Below are positions 8,895 to 17,432 of a stretch of 64,000 nt of DNA, one piece after another. The stretch spans positions 1,298-65,297 of the forward strand of contig CAKSQF010000002.1 of NCBI GenBank assembly GCA_934486825.1, in the 5' to 3' direction. A program made the translations under genes and the position numbers. How positions within the stretch are numbered: position 1 is the first letter of the stretch; the number at the start of each line of letters is the position of its first letter. The notes below the pieces were generated by a model. It saw only the letters and a program-made list of their open reading frames with translations. It did no database searches and was not told the DNA's origin. The stretch comes from an uncultured Eubacteriales bacterium (GTDB lineage Bacteria > Bacillota > Clostridia > Oscillospirales > CAG-272).

Positions 8895-10334
8895 TCAGTT
8901 GCATCTGCCGTACATGCTGTTTATATAATGCAGACGGTATCTGTCGAGAGAGTCAAGCTGTTCTTCGGTAACGCGGAATCCCCAGTTGTTTGCGGCAACT
9001 CCGGGTGTGTTCATGCGTGTGTCGGCACCGAAGCCGAGCAGATCCTGAATCGGAATAATTACTCTGTCGGCGGGCGAACGTAACAGCGTTTTGATTATCG
9101 ACGGACAGGCGTCCTTCCACCTGTCGTAAGGGAAGCCGATGTAATCGGTAATAAGGTGTTTGTCCGAATCGGATGATTCCCATAAATAACCGAGAAGTGT
9201 GTTGTTGTCGTGCGTTCCGGTGTATGCAACACAGTTTTCGGGATAATTGTGCGGCATGTGCGCCGAATTTTCGGACAAAAAGGCGAACTGAAATACCCGC
9301 ATACCGGGCAGACCCGAGCGATTCAATAAATCTATCGTTTTCGAATCAATATCGCCGAGATCTTCGGCAATGAGAAGCTTGCCGTCGGCGACCTTTTTCA
9401 GCAGTCTGACAAATTGCAATCCCGGTCCCTTTTTCCAGCAGCCTTCCTTTGCGGACTTTGCACCGAACGGTATTGAAAAATATTCCGAAAAGGCTCGGAA
9501 ATGATCTATGCGTACTCCGTCAAAGAGAGTCAACTGCCATCTGATGCGGTCACACCACCACCGGTATCCGTCCTTCTTCATTTCATTCCAGTTGTAGAGC
9601 GGGTTGCCCCAAAGCTGCCCGTCCGGAGAAAAATAGTCGGGCGGAACGCCCGCAACCGCCTCAGGACGATTGTTTTCGTCGAGCAGGAACAAACCCGGTT
9701 CGGCATATACATCCGCACTGTCAAGATCGGGGTATATCGGAAGATCACCTATTATTTCTATGCCCCGTTCCTCCGCATATGATTTCACAAGCATCCACTG
9801 GCTGAAAAATTTGTATTGAATGAATTCATGCATGAAGAGGACATCCGGATCAATATCAATGCTCTCGTCAAATTCCCACCAGCTTTTCTTACCGTTTGCC
9901 TCTTTTTTTGCCATGAAAAAGCAGAAATCGGATATATGCCCGTTTTCTTTTATGAAAGCGTCGATCTTTGTCCGCTCGTCGGCGGATACCCTTTCGGACG
10001 CTTTGCGGAGAAGGGAAAGACGTTCGTTTGAAAGACGTCCGAACTCGCAAAGATAGGGTGTGCTCTGAGAAGAGGATGCAAGCTCCTCCGGAGTAAGCAA
10101 GCCCTCGTGCATAAGCGTCGGCAGATCAATAAAATACGGATTTCCGGCGAACGCGGAAATCGCTTTGTACGGAGAACCGTATTCGTCCGGCCAGCCGAAG
10201 GGCAGAACCTGCCAGCCTGAAAAACCGCTTTCGGCAAGAAAATCAATGAACTTGTATGCGGGTATGCCGAATGATCCGCATCCGTAATCGCCCGGAAGCG
10301 ATGAAATGTGCATAAGAACACCTGTTTTTTTCAT
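8895..10334 (-). CDS. malQ: 4-alpha-glucanotransferase (amylomaltase, GH77)
   Basis: GVLMHISSLPGDYGCGSFG..AYKFIDFLAESGFSGWQVLP, and later RIDHFRAF, LIAEDLG and YTGTHDN. I placed the start at the ATG at 10334 (MKKTG...) after AAAGGAA. Confidence 0.85.
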   Translation of the reverse strand: MKKTGVLMHISSLPGDYGCGSFGIPAYKFIDFLAESGFSGWQVLPFGWPDEYGSPYKAISAFAGNPYFIDLPTLMHEGLLTPEELASSSQSTPYLCEFGRLSNERLSLLRKASERVSADERTKIDAFIKENGHISDFCFFMAKKEANGKKSWWEFDESIDIDPDVLFMHEFIQYKFFSQWMLVKSYAEERGIEIIGDLPIYPDLDSADVYAEPGLFLLDENNRPEAVAGVPPDYFSPDGQLWGNPLYNWNEMKKDGYRWWCDRIRWQLTLFDGVRIDHFRAFSEYFSIPFGAKSAKEGCWKKGPGLQFVRLLKKVADGKLLIAEDLGDIDSKTIDLLNRSGLPGMRVFQFAFLSENSAHMPHNYPENCVAYTGTHDNNTLLGYLWESSDSDKHLITDYIGFPYDRWKDACPSIIKTLLRSPADRVIIPIQDLLGFGADTRMNTPGVAANNWGFRVTEEQLDSLDRYRLHYINSMYGRCN

Positions 10335-10363
10335 GGATAATGTTCCTTTCACCATTCTGTCTG

Positions 10364-11326
10364 TCACTCTGAGTCTGACAGCCTGTCGAGAGCTTTGAAT
10401 ATTTCGTCAAGGGATGAGCTTTCACACAGCCGATCCCTGAATGCGGCGGCACCGCGTATCCCTTTGACATACCACATAAGATGCCGCCTGCCCTCGTGAA
10501 CGGCGGCATATTCGCTTTTAAGCTCTGCCATCATAAGAAGTTGCTCTTTTGCAACGGCGAGTCTTTCCCTGACATCGGGCTCCCTGTATCCGAGCCCGGA
10601 AAGTCCTGCTTTGATCTCCGAAAAGACCCATGGTTTGCCGATTGCACCCTGACCGATCATAATTCCGTCAACACCGGTTTCAAGCATGCGCAGAGCGCTC
10701 TTTGTGTCCGTGATACCGCCGTTTCCGATGACTGTAACAGAACCGACCGCTTTTTTTACGCTTGCGATCGTGTCATAATCAACGGGCGGGGCGTATAACT
10801 GTTCTTTTGTACGACCGTGTACCGTTATGGCAGAAGCTCCTCCCGAGACGGCGGCAAGCGCACATTCGGCGGCATTTATGTGAGAATGATCCCACCCGGT
10901 GCGGAGCTTCACCGATACCGGCAGCTCGGTTGCGTTTTTTACAGCCGAAACGATTCTGAATATCAGCTCCGGATTGCGCATCAGCGCAGACCCTTCGCCG
11001 TTTGAGACTATCTTTTTCATCGGACAGCCCATGTTTATATCAATGGAAGAAAGCGGTGTATGCCGTTCGACGGCTCTCTGCGTGATGATCCGTGCGGCAT
11101 TTGCCATTATGTCGGGATCGCTTCCGAAAATCTGCACGGATACACGACCTTCGCCGCCCGTTTCGGCAATTTCCGCGGTTTTGCGATCGCCGAAATTTAC
11201 AGCCTTCGCCGAAACCATTTCGGTGACGCTGAAATCGGCGCCGAATTTTCCGCAGAGTGTGCGGAACGATCTGTCGGTTATTCCCGCCATAGGCGCAAGC
11301 ACAAGCAATGTCTGATCTCCGTTCAA
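10364..11326 (-). CDS. dusB: tRNA dihydrouridine synthase DusB
   Basis: LAPMAGITDRSFR...QIFGSDP...IDINMGCPMKKIVSNGEGSALM...VSVKLRTGWD. Only non-ATG starts lie upstream of the conserved LAPMAG (TTG 11326, TTG 11308 after GGAG, GTG 11302). Confidence 0.85.
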   Translation of the reverse strand: MNGDQTLLVLAPMAGITDRSFRTLCGKFGADFSVTEMVSAKAVNFGDRKTAEIAETGGEGRVSVQIFGSDPDIMANAARIITQRAVERHTPLSSIDINMGCPMKKIVSNGEGSALMRNPELIFRIVSAVKNATELPVSVKLRTGWDHSHINAAECALAAVSGGASAITVHGRTKEQLYAPPVDYDTIASVKKAVGSVTVIGNGGITDTKSALRMLETGVDGIMIGQGAIGKPWVFSEIKAGLSGLGYREPDVRERLAVAKEQLLMMAELKSEYAAVHEGRRHLMWYVKGIRGAAAFRDRLCESSSLDEIFKALDRLSDSE

Positions 11327-11336
11327 AAATAAATGA

Positions 11337-11685
11337 GGAACCGAGTCTGTAAGCCGGGTTCTGTCTTATACCGTCATCTATCTTGTTTTCACGTTGCCGT
11401 GAAAATCCTTGCCCCCCCGAAATACATCCGGTCAAATGTCAGCTGTGCTGTTATCGGGGCGTTGCTTCGGATAGGGTTTACACTTGCACTGCATTACTGC
11501 ATTGCCGGTGAGCTCTTACCTCGCCTTTTCATCCTTACCGCATAAGCGGCGGTTGTTTTCTGTTGCACTTTCCCGGAGGTCACCCTCGGCGGACGTTATC
11601 CGTTATCCCGACCGTGTGAAGCCCGGACTTTCCTCACGATAATACCTTGCGGCAACATATCGCGCGACGGTACGGCTCGGTTCCC
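11337..11685 (-). ncRNA. rnpB: RNase P RNA, bacterial type A
   Basis: The minus strand reads GGGAACCGAGCC...GAGGAAAGUCCGGGC...AGUGCAACAGAAA...GGUAAGAGCUCACC...GUAAACCC...ACAGAACCCGGCUUACAGACUCGGUUCC. The P4 halves and the P1 pairing (GGAACCGAG/CUCGGUUCC) are present, and a consensus promoter ends 5 nt upstream. Confidence 0.9.
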
Positions 11686-11690
11686 AAACT

Positions 11691-11719
11691 ATTATAAACC
11701 AAAAACCGATTTGTGTCAA
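11691..11719 (-). promoter_or_regulatory. Consensus sigma-A promoter of rnpB
   Basis: The minus strand has TTGACA-17 nt-TATAAT, followed by agttt and the G at 11685 that opens P1. Confidence 0.75.
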
Positions 11720-11831
11720 TAAAATAATGTCTTTTTGTAAAAAAATAAAGAAATTCGGTTTTTTCGATCGGATTTGAAAAAGAATCACCGAATATTCACA
11801 ATAGGTTCATAAAGGGAGTGTAAAATATAAG

Positions 11832-11873
11832 GGTTAAGAATGTTTAACTTCAGGCTTAAGGATTGTTTAACTT
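11832..11873 (+). promoter_or_regulatory. Two tandem ~19-bp direct repeats upstream of the gtrA-like operon (candidate regulator binding sites)
   Basis: GTTAAGAATGTTTAACTT and CTTAAGGATTGTTTAACTT, 22 bp start-to-start. Each carries an internal TTAA(G)..TTAAC dyad. They lie 54-95 bp upstream of the start at 11927. Confidence 0.4.
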
Positions 11874-11926
11874 TATGTTCAATAATATGTCCCGTAGCGG
11901 ACGTTTAAAAGAGGCGGTATGCTGAT

Positions 11927-12388
11927 TTGAAAAAAATAATAAAAAAATTTTTGTCGATGAGGTTCATTCGTTACGGACTGTCGTCGCTCATGGCTTTTAC
12001 GATAAATTATGTAATTCTTCTTGTGCTTGATAAGGCTCTGTCAGACATTACGCTCGGACTTGAGATCGCCGCAACAGTCGGTTGGATTGTTTCGTCAAAT
12101 GTCAACTTTTTTGTAAACAGAAAGGCGGTTTTTCACGATAAAGGTAAAGTGGTTCCCGAATATCTGAAATATTATTCGGTTGCCATTCCGGTGTTCCTCA
12201 TAAAAAATCTCGGACTTTTTGAGATATTTGTGAGACTGCTGAATATATCGGCGGCGATAGCAAGTCCGCTTGCCGAGACGGTCATGTTTATACTGACTTA
12301 TTTTATTCAGAAATTTCTTGTGTTCAACGGGAAAAAGAAACTGCCTGCCGAGGGGGATACCGCCGACGCGGACAATAGTTGCGGCTGA
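11927..12388 (+). CDS. GtrA family membrane protein
   Basis: FIRYGLSSLMAFTINYVILLVL...GWIVSSNVNFFVNRKAVF, with 4 TM helices. TTG start at 11927 (alternative ATG 10 codons downstream). Confidence 0.75.
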   Translation: MKKIIKKFLSMRFIRYGLSSLMAFTINYVILLVLDKALSDITLGLEIAATVGWIVSSNVNFFVNRKAVFHDKGKVVPEYLKYYSVAIPVFLIKNLGLFEIFVRLLNISAAIASPLAETVMFILTYFIQKFLVFNGKKKLPAEGDTADADNSCG

Positions 12389-12421
12389 GCCGAAGAAAAA
12401 AGGAGTGCAAAATTTGCAGTT

Positions 12422-13570
12422 ATGACAAAAAAACCGAAAAAACCGATTCCGACGTTTGCGATTGTTGCGATCGATCTGCTTCTGACTGCTTCGCTTCTTC
12501 TCTCATTCTGTTATTTTCATCACGTGAAAAAAATGATCGGGCACGGCGGGGCGAATGCCGTTACGACAGGCGGCGATGTCTTCACAAAGCCGCCGAGGAC
12601 CACCGCCCGGGAAATGTCAACCGTACAGCCGGTTACAAGACCGCCGCTTACCGGGGATGTGACCGTCAATCCTCCGGACACCGATGTTCCCGGACCGACG
12701 TACGATATGTCGGGAGATTTCGGCGAAAGATTCGGCATGCTTTTCTCGGCCGACGACAGCGTTACGATCACCGATAACAGCTATAAAAGTCATAATGTCT
12801 ATATGACGCTGACCTCCTTCGACGGTGAGATAACGCAGGCGTACAGAAAGGGCGGGGTGGCAACAGCACAGCATGTTGTTTATTATATCATCGACGTGTA
12901 CGTGCGTAACATCGAAAATCTTTATACCCAGTATGCCTCAAACTATGTTCCGATGACCGAGCTTGTTTCGTATACAAAGCAGTCAAATAACCTTGTCGAG
13001 ACGATTGCCGCAATAAGCGGAGACCTTTACTACGGTTTCGATCAGTCAAAGCGCATAGTTGTGAGAAACGGGACTGTGGTGAGAAAATCCGACTATATAA
13101 CGAGCGATATATGCGTCCTCTATTGGGACGGCAGCATGGAGACGATCACTCCCGAAGAGTATAACTGGGATTCGATTGCCGCCAAGGGTCCGTATCAGAT
13201 ATGGAGCTTCGGTCCCGAGCTTATCGGCGATGACGGTAAAGCGTTGGAGAATATAAACTCGGATGTGTGGAGATTCAATCCGCGTGCGGCAATCGGCTGT
13301 GTTGAACCGGGTCACTATGTGCTTGCCGCCGTAAACGGTTACAGATACGATAAGGAAAGAGCAGAGCACGGAGTCGGCGTGAACCTTGATGTGCTGGCAA
13401 AGATTATGGAGGGTGTCGGTTGCACGGTGGCGTATAATCTTGACGGTGGTGCATCCACTTACGCGTGGTACAGAGGGGATATGCTCGTTAAGGTTGCAAA
13501 CGGCAACGGTTCCGAAAGATATATAAGCGATATTATCTGTATCGGAGAAATAAGAAAGGAAAACAGCTGA
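12422..13570 (+). CDS. Membrane-anchored phosphodiester glycosidase family protein (NAGPA/DUF2233-like)
   Basis: N-terminal TM anchor and Pro/Thr linker. The C-terminal part PRAAIGCVEPGHYVLAAVNG....GVNLDVLAKIMEGVGCTVAYNLDGGASTYAWYRG is typical of the family. Confidence 0.7.
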   Translation: MTKKPKKPIPTFAIVAIDLLLTASLLLSFCYFHHVKKMIGHGGANAVTTGGDVFTKPPRTTAREMSTVQPVTRPPLTGDVTVNPPDTDVPGPTYDMSGDFGERFGMLFSADDSVTITDNSYKSHNVYMTLTSFDGEITQAYRKGGVATAQHVVYYIIDVYVRNIENLYTQYASNYVPMTELVSYTKQSNNLVETIAAISGDLYYGFDQSKRIVVRNGTVVRKSDYITSDICVLYWDGSMETITPEEYNWDSIAAKGPYQIWSFGPELIGDDGKALENINSDVWRFNPRAAIGCVEPGHYVLAAVNGYRYDKERAEHGVGVNLDVLAKIMEGVGCTVAYNLDGGASTYAWYRGDMLVKVANGNGSERYISDIICIGEIRKENS

Positions 13571-13571
13571 A

Positions 13572-14021
13572 ATGAGATGTGTACGTTCGGCGCTGTATGT
13601 GCTTGCACACCTGATCGTCGCAATGTCGCTGACACTGTTGACGCTTTCGATAACAAACCATTTCAACAGAGCAATGGCGTTTGTCGATCATGATATGTCA
13701 AAGACCCTGATGGCGGTTCTTTCATTGTCGATCCTTCTTGAATCCGTTTTTTTCATCCCGAAATTTGTTGGCGACAGACATCTGCTTGCCGGTCTGCCGA
13801 CGGTTGCGGCGGCACTTGTTTCGATACTTCTTATCTGTCTGCTTCTGACCGATGTATCGGACAAGTCGCTTATCCTGTTCACAAAGCCGTTTGCAAGAGC
13901 GGTTGTGGGGATAAGCGCGGTCAGCTCGTTTTTCTCGGCAGTTACGATAATATGTTATATGAGAAGGATGGCAAAAAAAATCTATGAACGTGCGTGTTCG
14001 AAAAAAGGGGAGGCAGGATGA
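13572..14021 (+). CDS. Hypothetical 4-TM membrane protein
   Basis: The ATG lies 1 nt after the upstream TGA, and the stop overlaps the next start (ATGA at 14018-14021). Four hydrophobic helices; I did not recognise a family. Confidence 0.5.
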   Translation: MRCVRSALYVLAHLIVAMSLTLLTLSITNHFNRAMAFVDHDMSKTLMAVLSLSILLESVFFIPKFVGDRHLLAGLPTVAAALVSILLICLLLTDVSDKSLILFTKPFARAVVGISAVSSFFSAVTIICYMRRMAKKIYERACSKKGEAG

Positions 14022-14959
14022 ACGGAGAAAATAATGCAGGCGGCATTGATTGTCGTACTGACGCTGCATGCGCGCCGATAAAAAAAGAGCCGAAGATTAT
14101 CTCGCTTCTGAAGGGCGTCGGTTTTTTCGGCGGATATTTCGCAATACAGTTTGTCGTCGAATTTGCGGCGGCGGTTGTCGTTTCTACCCTTTACTATATG
14201 AAAACGTCGGATATCGATCCGACTGCGGCGGCAGAGTATATCACCGGAGTGCTTAACAAAAACTCGATGATAATAATGATTTTTGCCGATCTGCTTGTAA
14301 TCGCAGCGGCGGCACTGTTTATATTGCTTGTAAAGAATTCCCCGGGCAGGGAAGACAATATGATGCTTTTCAATAAAGCTCCGCGTGTTGAGTGCCTGCT
14401 TGCTCTCGGTATCGGTTTTACGGCAAACTATGCACTCAATATTGTGTTTGCCTATGTTACCGAGATGTTGCCTCCCAAAATATTTGAGGACTATGCGGAG
14501 GCGACCACAGTGTATACTGCGGGAGGAATCGTTCCGTATGTAATAGCGGGAGTAATACTCGCACCGATCGTTGAGGAACTGATCTTCAGAGGATTTATGC
14601 TTACCAGATTCAGACGCGCTATGCCGGATTGGCTTGCGATCGGACTTGTCGGGGTAATCTTCGGAGTCATACACGGTAATATTGTTCAGGCGGTTTATGC
14701 CTCCTGTCTCGGTTTTGTCCTCGGGGCGATATTTGTGAAATGCAATTCGCTTTATGCCTCGGTGCTTGCGCATTTCGGCTTCAATCTCGCAAGTCTGCCC
14801 GGATTTCTGACTTCAATCGAAGGATCAAAGCTTGCGGAGAATACAACGTTTCTGCTTTTCAACGCACTGCTCAGTTATGCTTCCGTCTTTTTGTTCGTGT
14901 CCTTCCTCGTTATTCTTTTTCTTCGACCGAAGGAAGCGAAAGGAAATGGTGACCTTTAA
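14018..14959 (+). CDS. CPBP family intramembrane glutamic endopeptidase (CAAX protease-like)
   Basis: Motifs VEELIFRGF, FGVIHGN and LAHFGFNL in the canonical order. The start was set at the ATG at 14018 after AGGGGAGG. Confidence 0.75.
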   Translation: MNGENNAGGIDCRTDAACAPIKKEPKIISLLKGVGFFGGYFAIQFVVEFAAAVVVSTLYYMKTSDIDPTAAAEYITGVLNKNSMIIMIFADLLVIAAAALFILLVKNSPGREDNMMLFNKAPRVECLLALGIGFTANYALNIVFAYVTEMLPPKIFEDYAEATTVYTAGGIVPYVIAGVILAPIVEELIFRGFMLTRFRRAMPDWLAIGLVGVIFGVIHGNIVQAVYASCLGFVLGAIFVKCNSLYASVLAHFGFNLASLPGFLTSIEGSKLAENTTFLLFNALLSYASVFLFVSFLVILFLRPKEAKGNGDL

Positions 14960-15501
14960 TGGATGAACGTATATCGGACAGACGGGAACTTCTTGCAGGC
15001 AGGATCAAAGCCTCGAAAATGATTCTCTTGTCCGCCTCGGTGCTGTCGTTTCTGAACTGTGTGCTGACGCTGATCGGCGTTTCGTTCAGATCGCCGCTTT
15101 ATCTTGATATTCCGTACTTTCTTGCCGAGGTAGGCAAAAAAATGCTGGCTGCCGATCGGGAAAAGATATTTGCGGGATTGCTCGTTATTCTGACTGCCTC
15201 GGCATTTTTGGCGGGACTTGCATTTTGCTGTCTGAAACGCGGCGGCAGTGTTTTGCGTTTCGTAATTACCGACGCGCTGATCGTCGCCGATCTTGCGTTC
15301 GGTATAGCGCTGTTCGCGGCGGGCGGCGATGACGGCGGCAAGAAAATTTTCGGCAGTCTGCTTGACCTTGCTTTTCATGTTGCACTGATAATCTTTTCCG
15401 AATCGGGAAGACGTTCGTCTTATGCACTGACTGTGCTCCCGACAGATGAGGATATAAAAAAGTCGGATGGGCTTGACCCGTATGAAGAACTGAAAAAATA
15501 A
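14959..15501 (+). CDS. Hypothetical membrane protein
   Basis: TAATG overlap with the CPBP stop. It has 4 hydrophobic helices and an acidic C-terminal tail; I did not recognise a family. Confidence 0.5.
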   Translation: MDERISDRRELLAGRIKASKMILLSASVLSFLNCVLTLIGVSFRSPLYLDIPYFLAEVGKKMLAADREKIFAGLLVILTASAFLAGLAFCCLKRGGSVLRFVITDALIVADLAFGIALFAAGGDDGGKKIFGSLLDLAFHVALIIFSESGRRSSYALTVLPTDEDIKKSDGLDPYEELKK

Positions 15502-15537
15502 TACAGTTGCGATAATTTCATCGCAACTGTATTTTTT
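15494..15537. terminator. Bidirectional terminator (operon end / metG end)
   Basis: 13-bp perfect stem ATACAGTTGCGAT/ATCGCAACTGTAT flanked by an A-run and TTTTTT. Confidence 0.8.
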
Positions 15538-15545
15538 GTGTATAA

Positions 15546-17153
15546 TTACTTCTCGTCTATGCGGGTGTAAAGAATCGGAACCTCGCCGAGCGAGAAGCTT
15601 TCGGGGAGGGTTGTCGGCTTGTATGCAAGCTCGCCCATGGGAAGCATCGATGCAAGTTTTCCGCAGCCCTCGGGAATAACCGGGGCAAATATGTTTGCCA
15701 TGTTTGCCATGAGGTAGAGGCATGTGGCAGTTACATTCCAGAAAGCCGACAAATCCTCTTCCTTGGCAAGGAGCCACGGCTTTTGCTCGTCATAGTATTT
15801 GTTTGAATAGGATATAAGCGACACCATGTCCTCGGTAGCCGACCGCAGTTCGCCTGCTTCGATCTTATTTCCTATCGTGTCGTAAAGACCCTCAACGTAT
15901 TCCTTTACGGCGGGATCGACCTTGCCGCTTCCGATAACGCCGCCGAACTTCTTCTTTATGAACGAAAGATTGCGGTTTACAAAGTTGCCGAGTCCTCCGG
16001 CAAGAAACTTGTTGTAGGTCGATATCATGTCCGGGATCGAGAAGTTGACATCACGTCTCTCAGGATTGAAAAGCATGGTGTAAAAACGTACACAGTCGGA
16101 CGGGTAATTTTCGGCAAGCTCGTGTACCGAAATCATGTTGCCCTTTGATTTTGACATCTTGTCGTCGTTTACGTTGACGTACTCGGATGATACAATGTGT
16201 GTCGGCAGACAGTACCCCTTGTTCATAGCCATGAGGAGAGCGGGGAAAATTACTGTGTGGAACGGAATGTTGTCTTTTCCGTGGATATAGTAGTTGTTCA
16301 GATTGCCGTCGTCATTCATATATTCGTCAAAGTCGATGCCTCTCTGTTCAGCAACCCATTTGCCGGTTGTCATATATCCGAGAACGGCTTCAAACCAGAC
16401 GTATATGCGCTTCGATTCGTAGCCGGGAACAGGAACCTCAATTCCCCAGTCAAGGTCACGCGTCGCGGCTCTGTCGGGAAGACCCTGCGTAAGATATTTT
16501 TTCGTTTCGTTTACCGCATTCAGACGCCAGTTCGGTGACATACGCTCCACGAAGTCCTCGATCGGCTTCTGAAATTTCGAAAGGGCAAACATGAGATGTT
16601 TGTTTGTGCGGGTGGTGGTAGGCGTGCCGCATGTGCGACAGCGTTTGTCGGTAAGTGCCGACGAATCAAACGATGCCATGCAGAATTCGCATTGATCTCC
16701 GCGTGTGATCTTTCCGCAGACAGGGCATTTGCCCTCGATCTCACGGTCGGATACAAATTTTCCGCATTTTTCGCAGTAATCCTGCTCCTCGGTCGTCTCG
16801 TAAAGATAGCCGTTTTTATCTATCAGTCGAAAAATATCCTGAACGCCCTGCTTGTGATAATCGGTGAATGTTGCGGTGTACTTGTCGTACGAGAAGTCAA
16901 GATCGTTGAAATCACGGACAAATTCCTCGTGATACCGCTCGGCTATGGAAGCGGGAGTTACCCCCTCGCGCTTTGCACGCTCGGTGATGGGTGTACCGTG
17001 TGAGTCGGTACCCGAAACATATATGACATCATAGCCTTTCAGACGACCGTATCTCGCAATGACATCTCCGGGAAGGAGCGCCGCAAGATGACCGACGTGA
17101 AGACTGTTGTTCGCATAAGGCCACGCGCCGCCGATAAAATAACGTTTTTTCAT
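15546..17153 (-). CDS. metG: Methionine--tRNA ligase (short form without C-terminal tRNA-binding domain)
   Basis: HVGHLAALLPGDVIARY (HIGH-type motif), zinc knuckles CEKCGK/CPVCGK and CEFC/CRTCG, and KMSKSKGN. Confidence 0.9.
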   Translation of the reverse strand: MKKRYFIGGAWPYANNSLHVGHLAALLPGDVIARYGRLKGYDVIYVSGTDSHGTPITERAKREGVTPASIAERYHEEFVRDFNDLDFSYDKYTATFTDYHKQGVQDIFRLIDKNGYLYETTEEQDYCEKCGKFVSDREIEGKCPVCGKITRGDQCEFCMASFDSSALTDKRCRTCGTPTTTRTNKHLMFALSKFQKPIEDFVERMSPNWRLNAVNETKKYLTQGLPDRAATRDLDWGIEVPVPGYESKRIYVWFEAVLGYMTTGKWVAEQRGIDFDEYMNDDGNLNNYYIHGKDNIPFHTVIFPALLMAMNKGYCLPTHIVSSEYVNVNDDKMSKSKGNMISVHELAENYPSDCVRFYTMLFNPERRDVNFSIPDMISTYNKFLAGGLGNFVNRNLSFIKKKFGGVIGSGKVDPAVKEYVEGLYDTIGNKIEAGELRSATEDMVSLISYSNKYYDEQKPWLLAKEEDLSAFWNVTATCLYLMANMANIFAPVIPEGCGKLASMLPMGELAYKPTTLPESFSLGEVPILYTRIDEK

Positions 17154-17284
17154 TTTTTATGACCTTTGCTTTTGCTCTGCAAAAGCTTCCTTTCTTTCAT
17201 GGTAACAGAGACGCGGAAATGTCAGAAAGACAGTTTTTCCGGATTAAGGCGTCCCTGTTTGTCCGATTTCGGCAATATATAAAC

Positions 17285-17313
17285 AGTATAACACATTTTC
17301 ACTTTTTTTTCAA
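17285..17313 (-). promoter_or_regulatory. Sigma-A-type promoter of metG
   Basis: The minus strand has TTGAAA-17 nt-(TGt)TATACT, giving a leader of about 125 nt. Confidence 0.5.
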
Positions 17314-17367
17314 TATTTTTTATCGTTTTTATCTTCATTTGTATAAAATATTCTTTTTGCGCGGAGG

Positions 17368-17403
17368 TTGACACGCTGTGAAAAAAATGATATAATCACA
17401 GCG
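17368..17403 (+). promoter_or_regulatory. Consensus sigma-A promoter bracketed by an 8-bp inverted repeat
   Basis: TTGACA-17 nt-TATAAT. CGCTGTGA (17374-17381) and TCACAGCG (17396-17403) flank the spacer and the -10 hexamer. Confidence 0.6.
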
Positions 17404-17432
17404 TAAAATATAATGAAATAGGATCGTTCGCT

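Noticed and set aside
11040-11545. ORFs 11040-11435 (-), 11060-11332 (+) and 11333-11545 (+)
   Set aside because: They overlap dusB or the RNase P RNA. The region is explained by rnpB, with its conserved P4 sequences and its own consensus promoter.
14956-15777. 273-aa minus-strand ORF spanning the last operon gene, the terminator and the metG 3' end
   Set aside because: It runs through a strong bidirectional terminator and overlaps two better-supported genes. Its composition is Arg/Cys/His-rich and looks like noise.
17154-17284. Possible T-box leader upstream of metG (and likewise upstream of argS, 51177-51242)
   Set aside because: The leaders are only about 125 nt and 65 nt long. They lack the conserved T-box sequence (..GGUGGUACCGCG..) and the specifier-loop architecture. 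Only a small hairpin, GCTTTTGC-aga-GCAAAAGC, precedes the metG SD.
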